The notes under the pieces: generated by a model
Seen by the model: only the letters and a program-made list of their open reading frames with translations
Told to the model about the DNA's origin: nothing
The model's database searches: none
From: Candidatus Hydrogenedentota bacterium
GTDB lineage: Bacteria; Hydrogenedentota; Hydrogenedentia; Hydrogenedentales; SLHB01
Direction of reading: 5' to 3'
Assembly (NCBI GenBank): GCA_963674865.2
Contig: CAXXYE010000008.1
Location: 96,001 to 160,000, forward strand
DNA: 64,000 bases
Made by a program: the position numbers and the translations under genes
In this document: piece by piece, positions 41,893 through 51,802 of the stretch
Position numbering within the stretch: position 1 is the first letter of the stretch
Layout: each line of letters opens with the position of its first letter

Positions 41893-43143
41893 ATGTACAC
41901 GCGAAACGCTGTGGCCATTGCCGTCGTGGCCTTGCTCCTGGGAGGGTGCCTGGGCGGAGGGGATGCCGTCTCGCCCCACGAGGCGCTTACCATGGCCGCG
42001 AGCCGTATCAAGGCCATAGCCGCCGAGGGGGTCACCGGCGAGTGCCGTCCGCTCGTTGAGTCTTCCGAACCACCCAAAGACCCTGCCGCTGTCTCCGTCT
42101 GGTTTTGCGACCATCCACTTATTGCGCCGGGGCTGCTCCGCCCCGCGCCGCTCCAGGCGTTCCGCGATGCATATCCCGGTATATCCCTCAAACCTCAGCT
42201 TATCGGCGAATGGCACATCGCCATTCAGAAACTGACGGTGGCCTTGGCGTCAGGGCCCGTGCCTGATATCGCCCTTGTCAAACGCTCCTGGATTCCAAGG
42301 CTTGCGGAGGCAGGGCGCATTGCCCCCCTCGATCAACTGCTTCCCGCCGAACTCGTCAACGATCTGCAGCTCACCGTGCGGCGGGGCCTCACGTTCCAGG
42401 GACACCTGTTCGCTCTTCCCGCGGACGGCTCTTGCTCCGTGCTCTTCTACAACAAGCATCTTGCTGAGCCACCCCCGCGGACTTGGGAACAACTTCGCCA
42501 AGCCGCTCAGAAGATCGGCGAGCCGTCGGCCGATGAGACTGAACCTGTCTTCCCCCTCGGATATGTCCCCTTCATTGAAGCACTGTGGTCGGCAGGCGGC
42601 GAAGTCATCGACAACGGGGCGGGCGGGCTTGCCTCGCCACAAGCGCACGAAGCCATGGATTTCCTTCTGTCGCTGCGTAACGACGGCCTTGTCTGTCCTC
42701 ACGGACTCGAGAACTCCGACTACGCCTTTCAGCTATTCCTTGCGGGACGCGTGGCGATGACCGTTGCGTCGAGCATGCGTCTCTCCGACATCGGCCGGGC
42801 CGCCTTCCCCGTTGCCGTCGCGCCGGTGCCCGGCAGGGACGAGCCCGTGTCTATGCTGTCCGACAATGCCCTGGTGGTTTTCGGCGATTATGCCACCGCC
42901 AAGGCCGTGCCCATCGCCGCCGTGATGGACTTTCTCACGGGGCCCTCGATGCAGGGCTCCGAGGCCGTCTCGAAAGGCTCCTGTCCCGTGCGCGTGAGCG
43001 TGACACGCGAGGTGGCCGCCCCCGACGGCCTTGCCGATGCCTTCCGGCAGGCGCGTCCTGCCCCGTTGTCCGGGGTGTGGGACGCGATACAATCCGAAAT
43101 TGACCTCTACCTAGGCCTTGCCTATCGCTGGCGTGGGCGTTGA
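41893..43143 (+). CDS. Extracellular solute-binding lipoprotein (sugar ABC family 1-like)
   Basis: Lipobox LLGGC; PDIALV, ALP...LFYNK, PRTWEQL, F.AGRVAM. Confidence 0.8.
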   Translation: MYTRNAVAIAVVALLLGGCLGGGDAVSPHEALTMAASRIKAIAAEGVTGECRPLVESSEPPKDPAAVSVWFCDHPLIAPGLLRPAPLQAFRDAYPGISLKPQLIGEWHIAIQKLTVALASGPVPDIALVKRSWIPRLAEAGRIAPLDQLLPAELVNDLQLTVRRGLTFQGHLFALPADGSCSVLFYNKHLAEPPPRTWEQLRQAAQKIGEPSADETEPVFPLGYVPFIEALWSAGGEVIDNGAGGLASPQAHEAMDFLLSLRNDGLVCPHGLENSDYAFQLFLAGRVAMTVASSMRLSDIGRAAFPVAVAPVPGRDEPVSMLSDNALVVFGDYATAKAVPIAAVMDFLTGPSMQGSEAVSKGSCPVRVSVTREVAAPDGLADAFRQARPAPLSGVWDAIQSEIDLYLGLAYRWRGR

Positions 43144-43306
43144 ATCACCCGGGCCGCTTCCCTAAACTGGCCCTGCCTCGGACGACGCCTATGCGCGTGC
43201 CGTGGAACGGGCGAAACTTCTGTGCAGGGCGGGCGGTCTAACACGTATAAACGCAGTCCTGTTCTCTGATGCCTTACAGGGGACGTACATGCCAAGGGAG
43301 AGTGCC

Positions 43307-45034
43307 ATGTATCCGTGCCGTCTCATCATCGCGATGCTTCTTGCCGTAGGATCCGCCGCGCTGTGTTTCGCGCAGGAGCAAGAGGATGAAGCGCCGCTGG
43401 GTGCCGAGACCGCCGAGTCCTTGAAGTTGCGGATTGATATCGACCTCATTGATCTCGATGACCTCTACGAAGCCGTCGGGCAGCCATGGAGCACCGAGGC
43501 CTCCCCGCTGACCCTCGAGGGGTGTGTGCGGCGAGCACTCGAGGCCAATCCCGACCTACTCGTTACCTCCTACGAGCCGCTGAAAGCCGACGGCGACGTG
43601 ATGACGGCGAAGGGCGAGTTCGATCCCGTGCTCTCTTCCCAGGCTACATACTCCCGTGCCAGCCAGGCGGCCAATCCCGAAGCTATCACCTATGGCGGGC
43701 TTACCACCATCGAGGCGTTCAGGACCACTACTCAGACGTCCCTGGGCGGGAAGTTGCCGTGGGGAACGGAGTACGCCGCCACCCTTACCCTCGGCAAGGA
43801 AGAGACCACCTACAACGCCTTCAGAGAGGAGTGGAGCGGCGGCCTGACCTTCTCGCTGACACAGCCGCTATTCCGCGGGCGCGGCAAGTCGTCCAATCTC
43901 GCCCGGCTGCGGATCGCCCGCAACACGCGCACCGCCTCGGAAGACCAAGTCCGGCTGGCCGCGCTCAACACCGCCGCCGAGGTGGTCAAAGCCTACTGGG
44001 ATCTTGTCGGAGCCATCGAAAGTGTGCATGTCCGCGAGGAATCCCTGGCCAACGCCGAGCGCCTCCTCGAGATCAGCCAGAAGCGTCTTGATATCGGCGC
44101 CGCCGCCGCCATTGAGGTGCTTCAGGCCAAGGCGGGCGTCGCCACGCGGCAAAGCGACCTCATCTCAGCGCGTTCGGCCGTGGCGGACGCGGAGGACGTC
44201 CTCAAGCAATTGCTCGACCTGCGCGAGGGGGAGGCGTTCTCAGCGCAAGGCATCGCGCCGGTGGATCGGCCGGAGATCGTCGAAGCCGACCTCGACGAGG
44301 GCGCGAGCACCGAGCTTGCGCTTCAGGTGCGTCCGGAAATCCACGCCGCCCAGATGGATGTCGAGAGCGCCGACGTCGAGGTCAAACGGGCCGCGGGGGA
44401 CCTCATGCCGCAACTCGACTTCACCGCCTCCGTGACGCAGGGCGGCCGCTCCCACAAGGTCCGTGATGTATTCGACAGCATCGGCCAGGCCGATGAGGCC
44501 TTCACCGGCATATTCAAAGGCCTCAAAGAGGAGAACGACACCAGCTACACCCTGGGCGTCGTCGGCGCCGTGCCGCTGGGCAACCGGGCCGCCCGCGGCG
44601 CGTACCACCGCGCTCTCATGGCTCTGCGTCAGGCCCGGCAGCAACTTGAGAAAGTGAAGCAGGAGGCCCGCCTCCGTGTGCGCATGGCCACGCGCGGCGT
44701 GCGTACAAGCCGCGTCCTCGTGGCAAGCAACCGTCAGACAAGCAACCTGCAGCAGGCCAACGTCGCCGCCGAAGAGAAGCGGCTAAGGCTGGGTGTCACC
44801 ACAAGCTACCGCGTTCTCGAGGTGCAAGAGGACCTCACCGCCGCGCAAACCGCCGAGGTCCAGGCCCGCGTCAACCTCCGCAAAGCCCTGGCGGACCTGA
44901 GCCTGGCTGAAGGAAGCCTGCTCACCGGACTCGGATTCGATTTCGAGCCGCCCGCACCTGAGCCCGCCGTCGGCTTCATGCGCAGCGTTATCCCCATCAA
45001 CGTGCGCTACGAGAACCCGTCTGATGGCGACTAG
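43307..45034 (+). CDS. TolC-family outer-membrane efflux protein
   Basis: Signal peptide; LTLE.CV..AL.ANPDL, V.KAYWDL, two OEP-like repeats. Confidence 0.85.
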   Translation: MYPCRLIIAMLLAVGSAALCFAQEQEDEAPLGAETAESLKLRIDIDLIDLDDLYEAVGQPWSTEASPLTLEGCVRRALEANPDLLVTSYEPLKADGDVMTAKGEFDPVLSSQATYSRASQAANPEAITYGGLTTIEAFRTTTQTSLGGKLPWGTEYAATLTLGKEETTYNAFREEWSGGLTFSLTQPLFRGRGKSSNLARLRIARNTRTASEDQVRLAALNTAAEVVKAYWDLVGAIESVHVREESLANAERLLEISQKRLDIGAAAAIEVLQAKAGVATRQSDLISARSAVADAEDVLKQLLDLREGEAFSAQGIAPVDRPEIVEADLDEGASTELALQVRPEIHAAQMDVESADVEVKRAAGDLMPQLDFTASVTQGGRSHKVRDVFDSIGQADEAFTGIFKGLKEENDTSYTLGVVGAVPLGNRAARGAYHRALMALRQARQQLEKVKQEARLRVRMATRGVRTSRVLVASNRQTSNLQQANVAAEEKRLRLGVTTSYRVLEVQEDLTAAQTAEVQARVNLRKALADLSLAEGSLLTGLGFDFEPPAPEPAVGFMRSVIPINVRYENPSDGD

Positions 45035-45201
45035 CCCGCTTTTCTCACAGCCGCGTACCGAGACTGCACGCATGTCATGCGGAACGGGCGCGTTACCTCA
45101 AGGGTCTGCCGCAAGGGAGTTTGGCAGAGCGTCTCATGATTTCCTCGACGGCTTGTCGCCACCAAGCCCGTTCCCGTTGGACAGCAGGGGAGAAAAGCGG
45201 G
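45035..45201. repeat. Nested inverted repeats (long hairpin)
   Basis: CCCGCTTTTCTC 45035-46 / GAGAAAAGCGGG 45190-201; GGAACGGGC 45081-89 / GCCCGTTCC 45166-74; TCTGCC / GGCAGA. Confidence 0.55.
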
Positions 45202-45476
45202 GCGCAGACAACTACGTGTGAGATATTCGCGCTAGAGGTGCGGCCAGAAAGCCACCCAATGACGGGGGCGACAGGTCTGGGCTGTGATGTAAAAGGACTT
45301 ACAAATGCTTTCTGGCCGCATCCCACCAGGACCCGCGCTTTCAGGCCAGACTTCTAGGAGTGTGCGCGGGGCCGCGCTACCGGCGGCGCGTTGATCAGAA
45401 CCATCCTTTTTATCATTATGCTATGGGAGGGGTGTTAGTAGATTAGGCTCGCGTAGCTGCTCACGGGGGTGGATGC

Positions 45477-45827
45477 ATGCGCGCCAGAAGGAAGTCGGAG
45501 TTCAAGACCGCCATACGCGATCAAGCGCGGCGCAAGGTAGGCGTGCCCAAGTACGATGCTACCACGCAGGCGCATTACCACGAAGAGGTCGAGAAAGGAC
45601 TCCAGAACCTTCGCAAGATATCCTCCGAAGGCGGCGACCCTCGCGGCAAAAAGGCCAAGAACGAGCTGCTTTACCTCCTCAACAACTACTCGCCGAAGTA
45701 CGATACACGTATCGAGCAACTCATCGACCTGTGGCGGCGAAGCGGCGATCCCTCCTACGACCCCTCCATACGGACAAAGCTGCGCCAGGCCCGCCGCGAG
45801 CACATGAGCAAGAGCAATCCCCTTTAG
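45477..45827 (+). CDS. Hypothetical basic protein
   Basis: 116-aa ORF, GC3-rich codon usage typical of this genome, K/R-rich. Confidence 0.65.
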   Translation: MRARRKSEFKTAIRDQARRKVGVPKYDATTQAHYHEEVEKGLQNLRKISSEGGDPRGKKAKNELLYLLNNYSPKYDTRIEQLIDLWRRSGDPSYDPSIRTKLRQARREHMSKSNPL

Positions 45828-45884
45828 CGGCCATGCCGCCGCTACGGACGTGGCGTGCCAATTGGCACCGTCCGTTCCCCCGCG

Positions 45885-47561
45885 TCATTCCTCCGGCAGC
45901 AAGTGAGATTGAGCGTCGCGGTTGTTGTGCATCACGAGGCCGTGGTTTTCGCGGACAGTGATGACCGCGTCGTGCTCCAGGAAGTGATTGTCTGCGATGC
46001 GGACATTCTCCACGCCTTCGAGGCGAAAACCCCCATAGATGCGACTGTTCTCGACGACGACATCATGTATCGCACGGGGAGGTGCCGCGGCCTTGCCGTC
46101 TCCGGACACGCCCTGTGGAAGACCGGAGAAGATGAGCGCGTTGTCCGGATTGCCGCGTCCCCGGTGGAGCGTGCAGTTCTTCAGGCTAACGCCAGAGGGA
46201 AAGGGGCCCTCGACGTGTTCGCAATAGAACCAGAGGAGGCCCGTCACCGTGCAGCCCTCCAGCCGCACCGGTGATTGGAGCCGGCAACTCATCCCGATCG
46301 TGCAATGGCGCAGCAATGTGTCCGGATTGGCGCATTCAGGATCCCAAACCATCGTTCCCGATTTCAGGTTCGGCGCCGGCGTATCGAGGGACAGCGCGAT
46401 TTCGGCCGGTGCCGCAGGGTGGCCGCCGATCGTACGTATCGGGCCCGCCTCCACGGCCACGACGCGGTGCGATGAACAAAGCCTCCCGGTGTGCTCATCC
46501 GCGGCCGCCAGCATCGCGCCTTCCCGCCATGGTAGGTACGCCAACGGGAATTTCTGCCTTACGACGATGCGATCCGGAGCAGACACACGAACGACCTCGC
46601 TCGAATGGGTCGAGATATTGAAGGCATCATCATTCATGCCGTAGACAACACAGTCCTCCCAACGCAGTGACGCGCGGTTTCCCTTGACGTGGAACCCATC
46701 CCGCCAAAGCGACATGAGCCGGCTCGAACCGGGGCGTGGCCGTATATTGACGCGTCGAAAAGCGACTTCACCTTCGTTGCGCAGGATGCTGAAGCCGAAC
46801 CACGGCGCCGACCAGAGCTCCACATCCTCGAACGCCACATCGGCGTTATCTTGTACTCGAAAACACGGCCCGGGGCCGTATCGGTGTGCAACGCCCGGTG
46901 TCGGCACACTAATCTGCGTCGATTCCGGCTGAATGTGGGCGAAGCCGGTGAATTCATCCGCGGCGTACACGCGGATGGTGTTCGCCGCCTCCGTGCGCTC
47001 TATCCGCGCCGTCCAGTAGTGCCGGCTCACCGGGCCGTAAGGCCCTTCGTGCCACAGCATCGAGAAGAAGGCCTGTTCGCCGTCCTCATGGGCGGGGCCG
47101 CCCGATGGGACCCCTCCCTGATTCGGCCACAGCCGAACCTCTACGAAGCGCTTTTCCCTACTTACATCTGAGACAACGCCCTCCACGAATGGCAGCGGGT
47201 CGAAATCCACCTTGAGATTGCGCACGGTAACCTGACGCGAGTCCGTCAGACTCATGAACCGAAGGTTGGGATCGAGAAGAAAGAGACATCCCCCGCCGTC
47301 CACCACAAGTTCGGAGATCTTCTCAAGAGGAAAGAGGTACCGTGTCGGCGATGTCTTGGCACGGATCGTCCTCGCCGCGGGAAAGCGCAAGAGAACGGAG
47401 CCATCGTGAGCGCTTGCGGCTTCTAGCAGACGTGCGATCGCCGGGCCGTCATCCGTCTGCCCATCGGCCGCCAATCCGAAGTCCGCCGCTTCCAGTGTGC
47501 GCGTTTCTGCCTCTGCGGCGCCCATGAGGAAACCCATCACTGTTAGAAGGACCGTAATCAA
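45885..47561 (-). CDS. Secreted right-handed beta-helix glycoside hydrolase (GH110/alpha-galactosidase-like)
   Basis: ADFGLAADGQTDD, VDFDPLPF, RLMS..RDGFH, MNDDAFNI; start uncertain (TTG 47561 after GAGG). Confidence 0.65.
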   Translation of the reverse strand: MITVLLTVMGFLMGAAEAETRTLEAADFGLAADGQTDDGPAIARLLEAASAHDGSVLLRFPAARTIRAKTSPTRYLFPLEKISELVVDGGGCLFLLDPNLRFMSLTDSRQVTVRNLKVDFDPLPFVEGVVSDVSREKRFVEVRLWPNQGGVPSGGPAHEDGEQAFFSMLWHEGPYGPVSRHYWTARIERTEAANTIRVYAADEFTGFAHIQPESTQISVPTPGVAHRYGPGPCFRVQDNADVAFEDVELWSAPWFGFSILRNEGEVAFRRVNIRPRPGSSRLMSLWRDGFHVKGNRASLRWEDCVVYGMNDDAFNISTHSSEVVRVSAPDRIVVRQKFPLAYLPWREGAMLAAADEHTGRLCSSHRVVAVEAGPIRTIGGHPAAPAEIALSLDTPAPNLKSGTMVWDPECANPDTLLRHCTIGMSCRLQSPVRLEGCTVTGLLWFYCEHVEGPFPSGVSLKNCTLHRGRGNPDNALIFSGLPQGVSGDGKAAAPPRAIHDVVVENSRIYGGFRLEGVENVRIADNHFLEHDAVITVRENHGLVMHNNRDAQSHLLPEE

Positions 47562-47754
47562 GCTACAGACCTCAATGGATGCGCGATACCGAGATGGACA
47601 TGGCCTCGTTATAGTCGTGGTCGTGATTTGTTTCAAAGTACAGCCCGTAGCGCAGAGATCCCGAGACGCTGCGACGCTCTCGCCTCCGGTTCCGGGGCCA
47701 TCATCTCGCCTAGGAGCGATTCGAGTCAATGGCGGGACGGCCTTTGGAAAGGCT

Positions 47755-48438
47755 TCAGCCCTCGTCCACAAGCCGTCCGTCCTCCAGGCGCACGACACGA
47801 TGGAAACGCTCGTAGACGCGGGGATCGTGCGTGGCCAGCAGGACGGTCAGCCCCTTCTCCGATGCAAGGGATTCGATCGCGTTCAAGACACGCTCCGCTG
47901 AATCCGCGTCGAGATTCGCAGTCGGCTCATCGGCCAACAACAGATCCGGCCGGTGCACCACGGCACGAGCCACGGCCACACGCTGCTTCTCGCCACCGGA
48001 AAGCTGCGCGGGGAAACAGGTTTTCTTATCCGAGAGGCCCAAGTCCTTCAGGATGTCCGCCGCTGCCCGACGCCGCGCCGCCTTGGGGGTGCGCAGAAGT
48101 GCCAGGGGAAGTTCGGCATTCTCATGCACCGTCAGTTCGGGCATGAGCGCGTCATCCTGAAAAACGAGGCCTACGTGTCGACGCCGGAACTCCGCCGCGG
48201 CCTTTTCGCTGAGCGTTGTGATAGTCCTTTTCAGACAATGCACCGCGCCCTCATCGGGGCGATCCAACGCCCCCACGAGGTTGAGCAGCGTGGTCTTGCC
48301 CGACCCACTTGGCCCGACGAGCGCCAACCGTTCGCCATGGCGCACTTGTAGACTGACCTTCGACAAGGCAGTCACTTGCGAATCCCCGCTGGCAAAGCGC
48401 CGAGTGACCCCTTCGAGCAAGACGGCATAGTCCATCAT
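47755..48438 (-). CDS. ABC transporter ATP-binding protein (LolD/MacB type)
   Basis: GPSGSGKTT, LSGGEKQRVAVARA, LLADEPTANLD, ATHD. Confidence 0.93.
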   Translation of the reverse strand: MMDYAVLLEGVTRRFASGDSQVTALSKVSLQVRHGERLALVGPSGSGKTTLLNLVGALDRPDEGAVHCLKRTITTLSEKAAAEFRRRHVGLVFQDDALMPELTVHENAELPLALLRTPKAARRRAAADILKDLGLSDKKTCFPAQLSGGEKQRVAVARAVVHRPDLLLADEPTANLDADSAERVLNAIESLASEKGLTVLLATHDPRVYERFHRVVRLEDGRLVDEG

Positions 48439-49622
48439 ACGTCCCTCATCCCGCCCGCGACGCGCCGTCGGGCGGCAATGGCGGCAGGCCACAGCGCCGA
48501 TACCAACCCAGCGCATAAGGCCAAGATCTGTGGCGTGAGCGTCATGCCCATGGTGACGCGCGGATGCACGATGGGATCCACGCTGAAATGGGGGTTGTAG
48601 GAGGTATACCGAGAGAGGTCGAGCCCGATCTTCCCCCAGGCGGCGGCTGCGCCGACGCCCAGGATCGTTCCCGCAACCCCGGCAGCAAAGCACATGGCGA
48701 AAGCCTCCAGCATGATCAAGGAGGCGATTTCTCCAGGCCGGGCGCCCAGGGCTTTGAGCACCGCGAAGTGGCGGTAGCGATCCATCACGGAGATGAGAAG
48801 GGCATTGGACACCCCGAACCCGAGAATGACTATCACCATGAGGATCACGATCCGCATCGAGAACTCGTTCAATTCGACTAGTTGGGCCACCTCGGGCGAG
48901 AGTTCCTTCCATGTTTCCACTGATTCCTCCGCCTGGGCCTGCGCAGCCAGAACGTCCCGCGTTTTGTCGAGCACGGCGTCATCCGTAAGAAACACGGCCA
49001 CCTCAGGATACACCTGCGACTCCGCCAGGGCTTTCGCGTCCTGGACGCCGATGTAGATCACGCTTGCATCCGCGGCAGGTATGCCGATGGCATACACGCC
49101 GGAGACGGTGCGGGTGTATTGCGCCGTCGGCGTCACAAGGGTGAATGTGTCACCCGGCGCCACGCCCAGATTCTCTGCAGCCACCGCGCCGAGTATCGTG
49201 TCGCCCGGCTCGCTAAGGTATGTCCCCTCCGTCATGCAATGGGCAGTGGGGGTGGAACGACGCTCCTCCTCCGGCGCTACGGCCCAGACCACAACCGACT
49301 GTGTTCCGTTCTTGGACTGGGCCAATGCCTGAAACCGGCAACGCGGCAGCGCGCCGCGCACTCCTGGAATGGCCCCGGCCTGTGCGGCTAGCCGTTCGGT
49401 ACGCGCCAGGGCCGCTGACATCTCGACGGGACGCCCGGAGAATGCCACCTGCCCCGACTGGACCGCGACGGCGTTGCGCACCATCGTGTCGTTTACGCCA
49501 ACCATGATGGCGCCCAGCACCACCAGCGCCGCCACGGGGAACGCGATGCCTGCCAGCAGGATGCCCGTTCGACGGCGACGCCGTAAACAGGAACGGATGG
49601 CAAAACGAAGCCAGAAGCTCAC
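48435..49622 (-). CDS. ABC transporter permease (FtsX/LolE/MacB type)
   Basis: N-terminal TM, periplasmic domain, SVMDR..HFAVLKALGA, three C-terminal TMs. Confidence 0.9.
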   Translation of the reverse strand: MSFWLRFAIRSCLRRRRRTGILLAGIAFPVAALVVLGAIMVGVNDTMVRNAVAVQSGQVAFSGRPVEMSAALARTERLAAQAGAIPGVRGALPRCRFQALAQSKNGTQSVVVWAVAPEEERRSTPTAHCMTEGTYLSEPGDTILGAVAAENLGVAPGDTFTLVTPTAQYTRTVSGVYAIGIPAADASVIYIGVQDAKALAESQVYPEVAVFLTDDAVLDKTRDVLAAQAQAEESVETWKELSPEVAQLVELNEFSMRIVILMVIVILGFGVSNALLISVMDRYRHFAVLKALGARPGEIASLIMLEAFAMCFAAGVAGTILGVGAAAAWGKIGLDLSRYTSYNPHFSVDPIVHPRVTMGMTLTPQILALCAGLVSALWPAAIAARRRVAGGMRDV

Positions 49623-50647
49623 AGGGCGATCTCCTGGGCCTCCCGGCGCAGGGCACGGGCGCTGCCGGCATAGATGCCAGACGCTACGGCCGTCGCTAGT
49701 GCTCGGGCGTGAGCATCGGTGAATCCAGGGATCTCGCCGGTAAGTCCCGACTCGGCTTCGCGGAACAGGCTCCCGGCCAACGCCAAGCTCGCATGCCGCG
49801 CCTCCGCCAACAACGTAACCACCTCCCTCGCCGGCCTGTCGCCGCCAGCCAGGAAGTCCTCCACCAGTTCCCGTTCACGAAGATCTGTCCCATAGGCCGC
49901 GAAGGATACAAGCAGGTTGTGTTGCCGCCGCTCGAGGTCGGTGGCGGCATCCTGGATGTCGTCAAGGACTTGGCATGCCAGACCTAACATGCGCAATGCC
50001 TCCGACACGGGCCCGCATCGGCCCGCGGGAAGTTCATCCATCGAAACCAACAAGGACAGGGGCGCCTGAAAGAGCAAGCCCGTCTTCCGATGGTGGACGA
50101 CCTCGAGTACATCGGTTGGTGTCAGGAGAGTCTCCGCGGGCCCGGCCTCCTCTTCGTGCTCCTCGAGCCCGCTGGGCACGAGCACCGCCAGCACGCTCGA
50201 CGACAACCGCGTGACTTGCTCCAGCGTTAGGCGTCCTGCCGCCTGTTCCTCCGCCGCAATGTCCGAGAGGACGCGGTCGGCTGCCATGATCATCAACACG
50301 GAGCGGAACTTGGTGCCGCTGTCATCCAGGGCGAACGCGATCACTTCCTTGAACTCATCGTCCAGAATGTTGTCGCACCCTGTAACCAGGGCGCGAACTG
50401 CCTGGTTTGCCATGGCATAGAACCGGGCCTTCTCTCGTGGCAGGCCCAAGGCCAGCGACGCCGTGATGAAAAGCGTCGAGAACAGGTTGCGCTCGGGCGC
50501 CAGGACGGCCCCGTTGAGAGGCCGCAGGGCGCACGACTCCCTCAGAATGCGCGCACACCTTGCATGGAAATCCACAAGTGTACGGCGTTGGATTTCATCG
50601 GCCTCGGCCCAGAGCGGGCACTTCTGGAGTATGCTCAAGTCATCCAA
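49619..50647 (-). CDS. Class I isoprenoid biosynthesis enzyme-like protein (polyprenyl/terpene synthase fold)
   Basis: Asp-rich GCDNILDDE, HRKTGLLF, CQVLDDIQD; start uncertain. Confidence 0.7.
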   Translation of the reverse strand: MDDLSILQKCPLWAEADEIQRRTLVDFHARCARILRESCALRPLNGAVLAPERNLFSTLFITASLALGLPREKARFYAMANQAVRALVTGCDNILDDEFKEVIAFALDDSGTKFRSVLMIMAADRVLSDIAAEEQAAGRLTLEQVTRLSSSVLAVLVPSGLEEHEEEAGPAETLLTPTDVLEVVHHRKTGLLFQAPLSLLVSMDELPAGRCGPVSEALRMLGLACQVLDDIQDAATDLERRQHNLLVSFAAYGTDLRERELVEDFLAGGDRPAREVVTLLAEARHASLALAGSLFREAESGLTGEIPGFTDAHARALATAVASGIYAGSARALRREAQEIAL

Positions 50648-51341
50648 GGTTAAGCCCCTTGTGCGCCGATAGCACGGCGATGTATCCCGAGAACCGTTTC
50701 GTCCTCGCAATGTCCTTGAAACCGGCCCCTTCGATCAGGTTTGTCATGATTCCATCGATGTTCTCTTTGATCTCAGGTTGTAGCAGGACAAGCCAGCCCG
50801 CGACGGCCATGAGCCATCCCAGGGCGGTATAAGGCCGCTCGATATCCGCCACCACAAGTTGCCCGCCGGGCTTGAGAACGCGCCGGGCTTCCGACAGGGC
50901 CTGCGATTTGCACACCCGGTTCACGTGATGAAAGAAGAGCGCCGACGTGACGATATCGAAATCCCCGTCGCCGAATGGCAGATCCTCGGCCACGGCTTGC
51001 CTGTACGAAATCCGTCCGCCGGCCCGCTTGCGATGCGCCACCTCAATCATGGGGCGCGACGCGTCGATTCCGATTACCTCGCAGGATGAATGTTTCTCCG
51101 CGATAGCCTGCGTTAGCAGGCCTGTGCCGCAGCCGACATCCAGGATCCGCGCTCCGGGGGCGGGTTGCAGCGAAGCGGCCACCCAGCGGTTGAGTCGGGC
51201 CTCCTGTCCCAGGGTGACGATGGGCTGCACGGCGTCGTAGATCCGTGCTGCTTTTGTCAACACGCGCCCCTGCGTCGGCAGCGCATCGAGTGCCTCGTTC
51301 TCATTGGGAGTTCTGCCGGCCTGATGAAGTGCCGTGGGCAT
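50640..51341 (-). CDS. Class I SAM-dependent methyltransferase (UbiE/COQ5-like)
   Basis: ILDVGCGTG, GIDAS, AEDLPF.DG.FD, RVLKPGG. Confidence 0.88.
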   Translation of the reverse strand: MPTALHQAGRTPNENEALDALPTQGRVLTKAARIYDAVQPIVTLGQEARLNRWVAASLQPAPGARILDVGCGTGLLTQAIAEKHSSCEVIGIDASRPMIEVAHRKRAGGRISYRQAVAEDLPFGDGDFDIVTSALFFHHVNRVCKSQALSEARRVLKPGGQLVVADIERPYTALGWLMAVAGWLVLLQPEIKENIDGIMTNLIEGAGFKDIARTKRFSGYIAVLSAHKGLNLG

Positions 51342-51343
51342 GA

Positions 51344-51802
51344 TCAATTCCCCGCGAAGAACAGCGCCTGAATCCCATGTGTGAGAACGAGGGGAACTAA
51401 GGCGTAGCCGCCGTACTTGTGCACTCGCCTCAACCCTTTGGAACGCCGGAACCGCTTGGTGCTCAGGGTGAAGGCCACGACAAGAAGCGCCAAGGCCGTC
51501 GTGAGTCCGAGCGGATTGCGCCAGCGAAAGTGCCAGTGGGCCGTCGCTGCTGCTAGCGCCAACACCCCGATGGGCACGTGTAGTCCTCGCGCGGCGGCGG
51601 CAAGCCGTGACGTGCCGCGCCGAAGTGAACCCGTCACCACGCCAGTAACGATAAGCAAGAACGCGCAGAGGCCGAACACGACGCCCAGCGGCGCATCGGA
51701 TTGGTAGGTAACGCCGAAGCGAACGCACGCCAGACATGCCGCGAGGGCCACTGTGACGGCCCAAGCTGCGCTCGACAGCATTCTCCTGCGTGCGCGACTC
51801 AC
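51344..51802 (-). CDS. Membrane protein with two H-x13-H pairs (putative diheme cytochrome b/ferric reductase-like)
   Basis: HVPIGVLALAAATAH and HKYGGYALVPLVLTH in hydrophobic helices; GTGA overlap with the upstream gene. Confidence 0.6.
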   Translation of the reverse strand: MSRARRRMLSSAAWAVTVALAACLACVRFGVTYQSDAPLGVVFGLCAFLLIVTGVVTGSLRRGTSRLAAAARGLHVPIGVLALAAATAHWHFRWRNPLGLTTALALLVVAFTLSTKRFRRSKGLRRVHKYGGYALVPLVLTHGIQALFFAGN

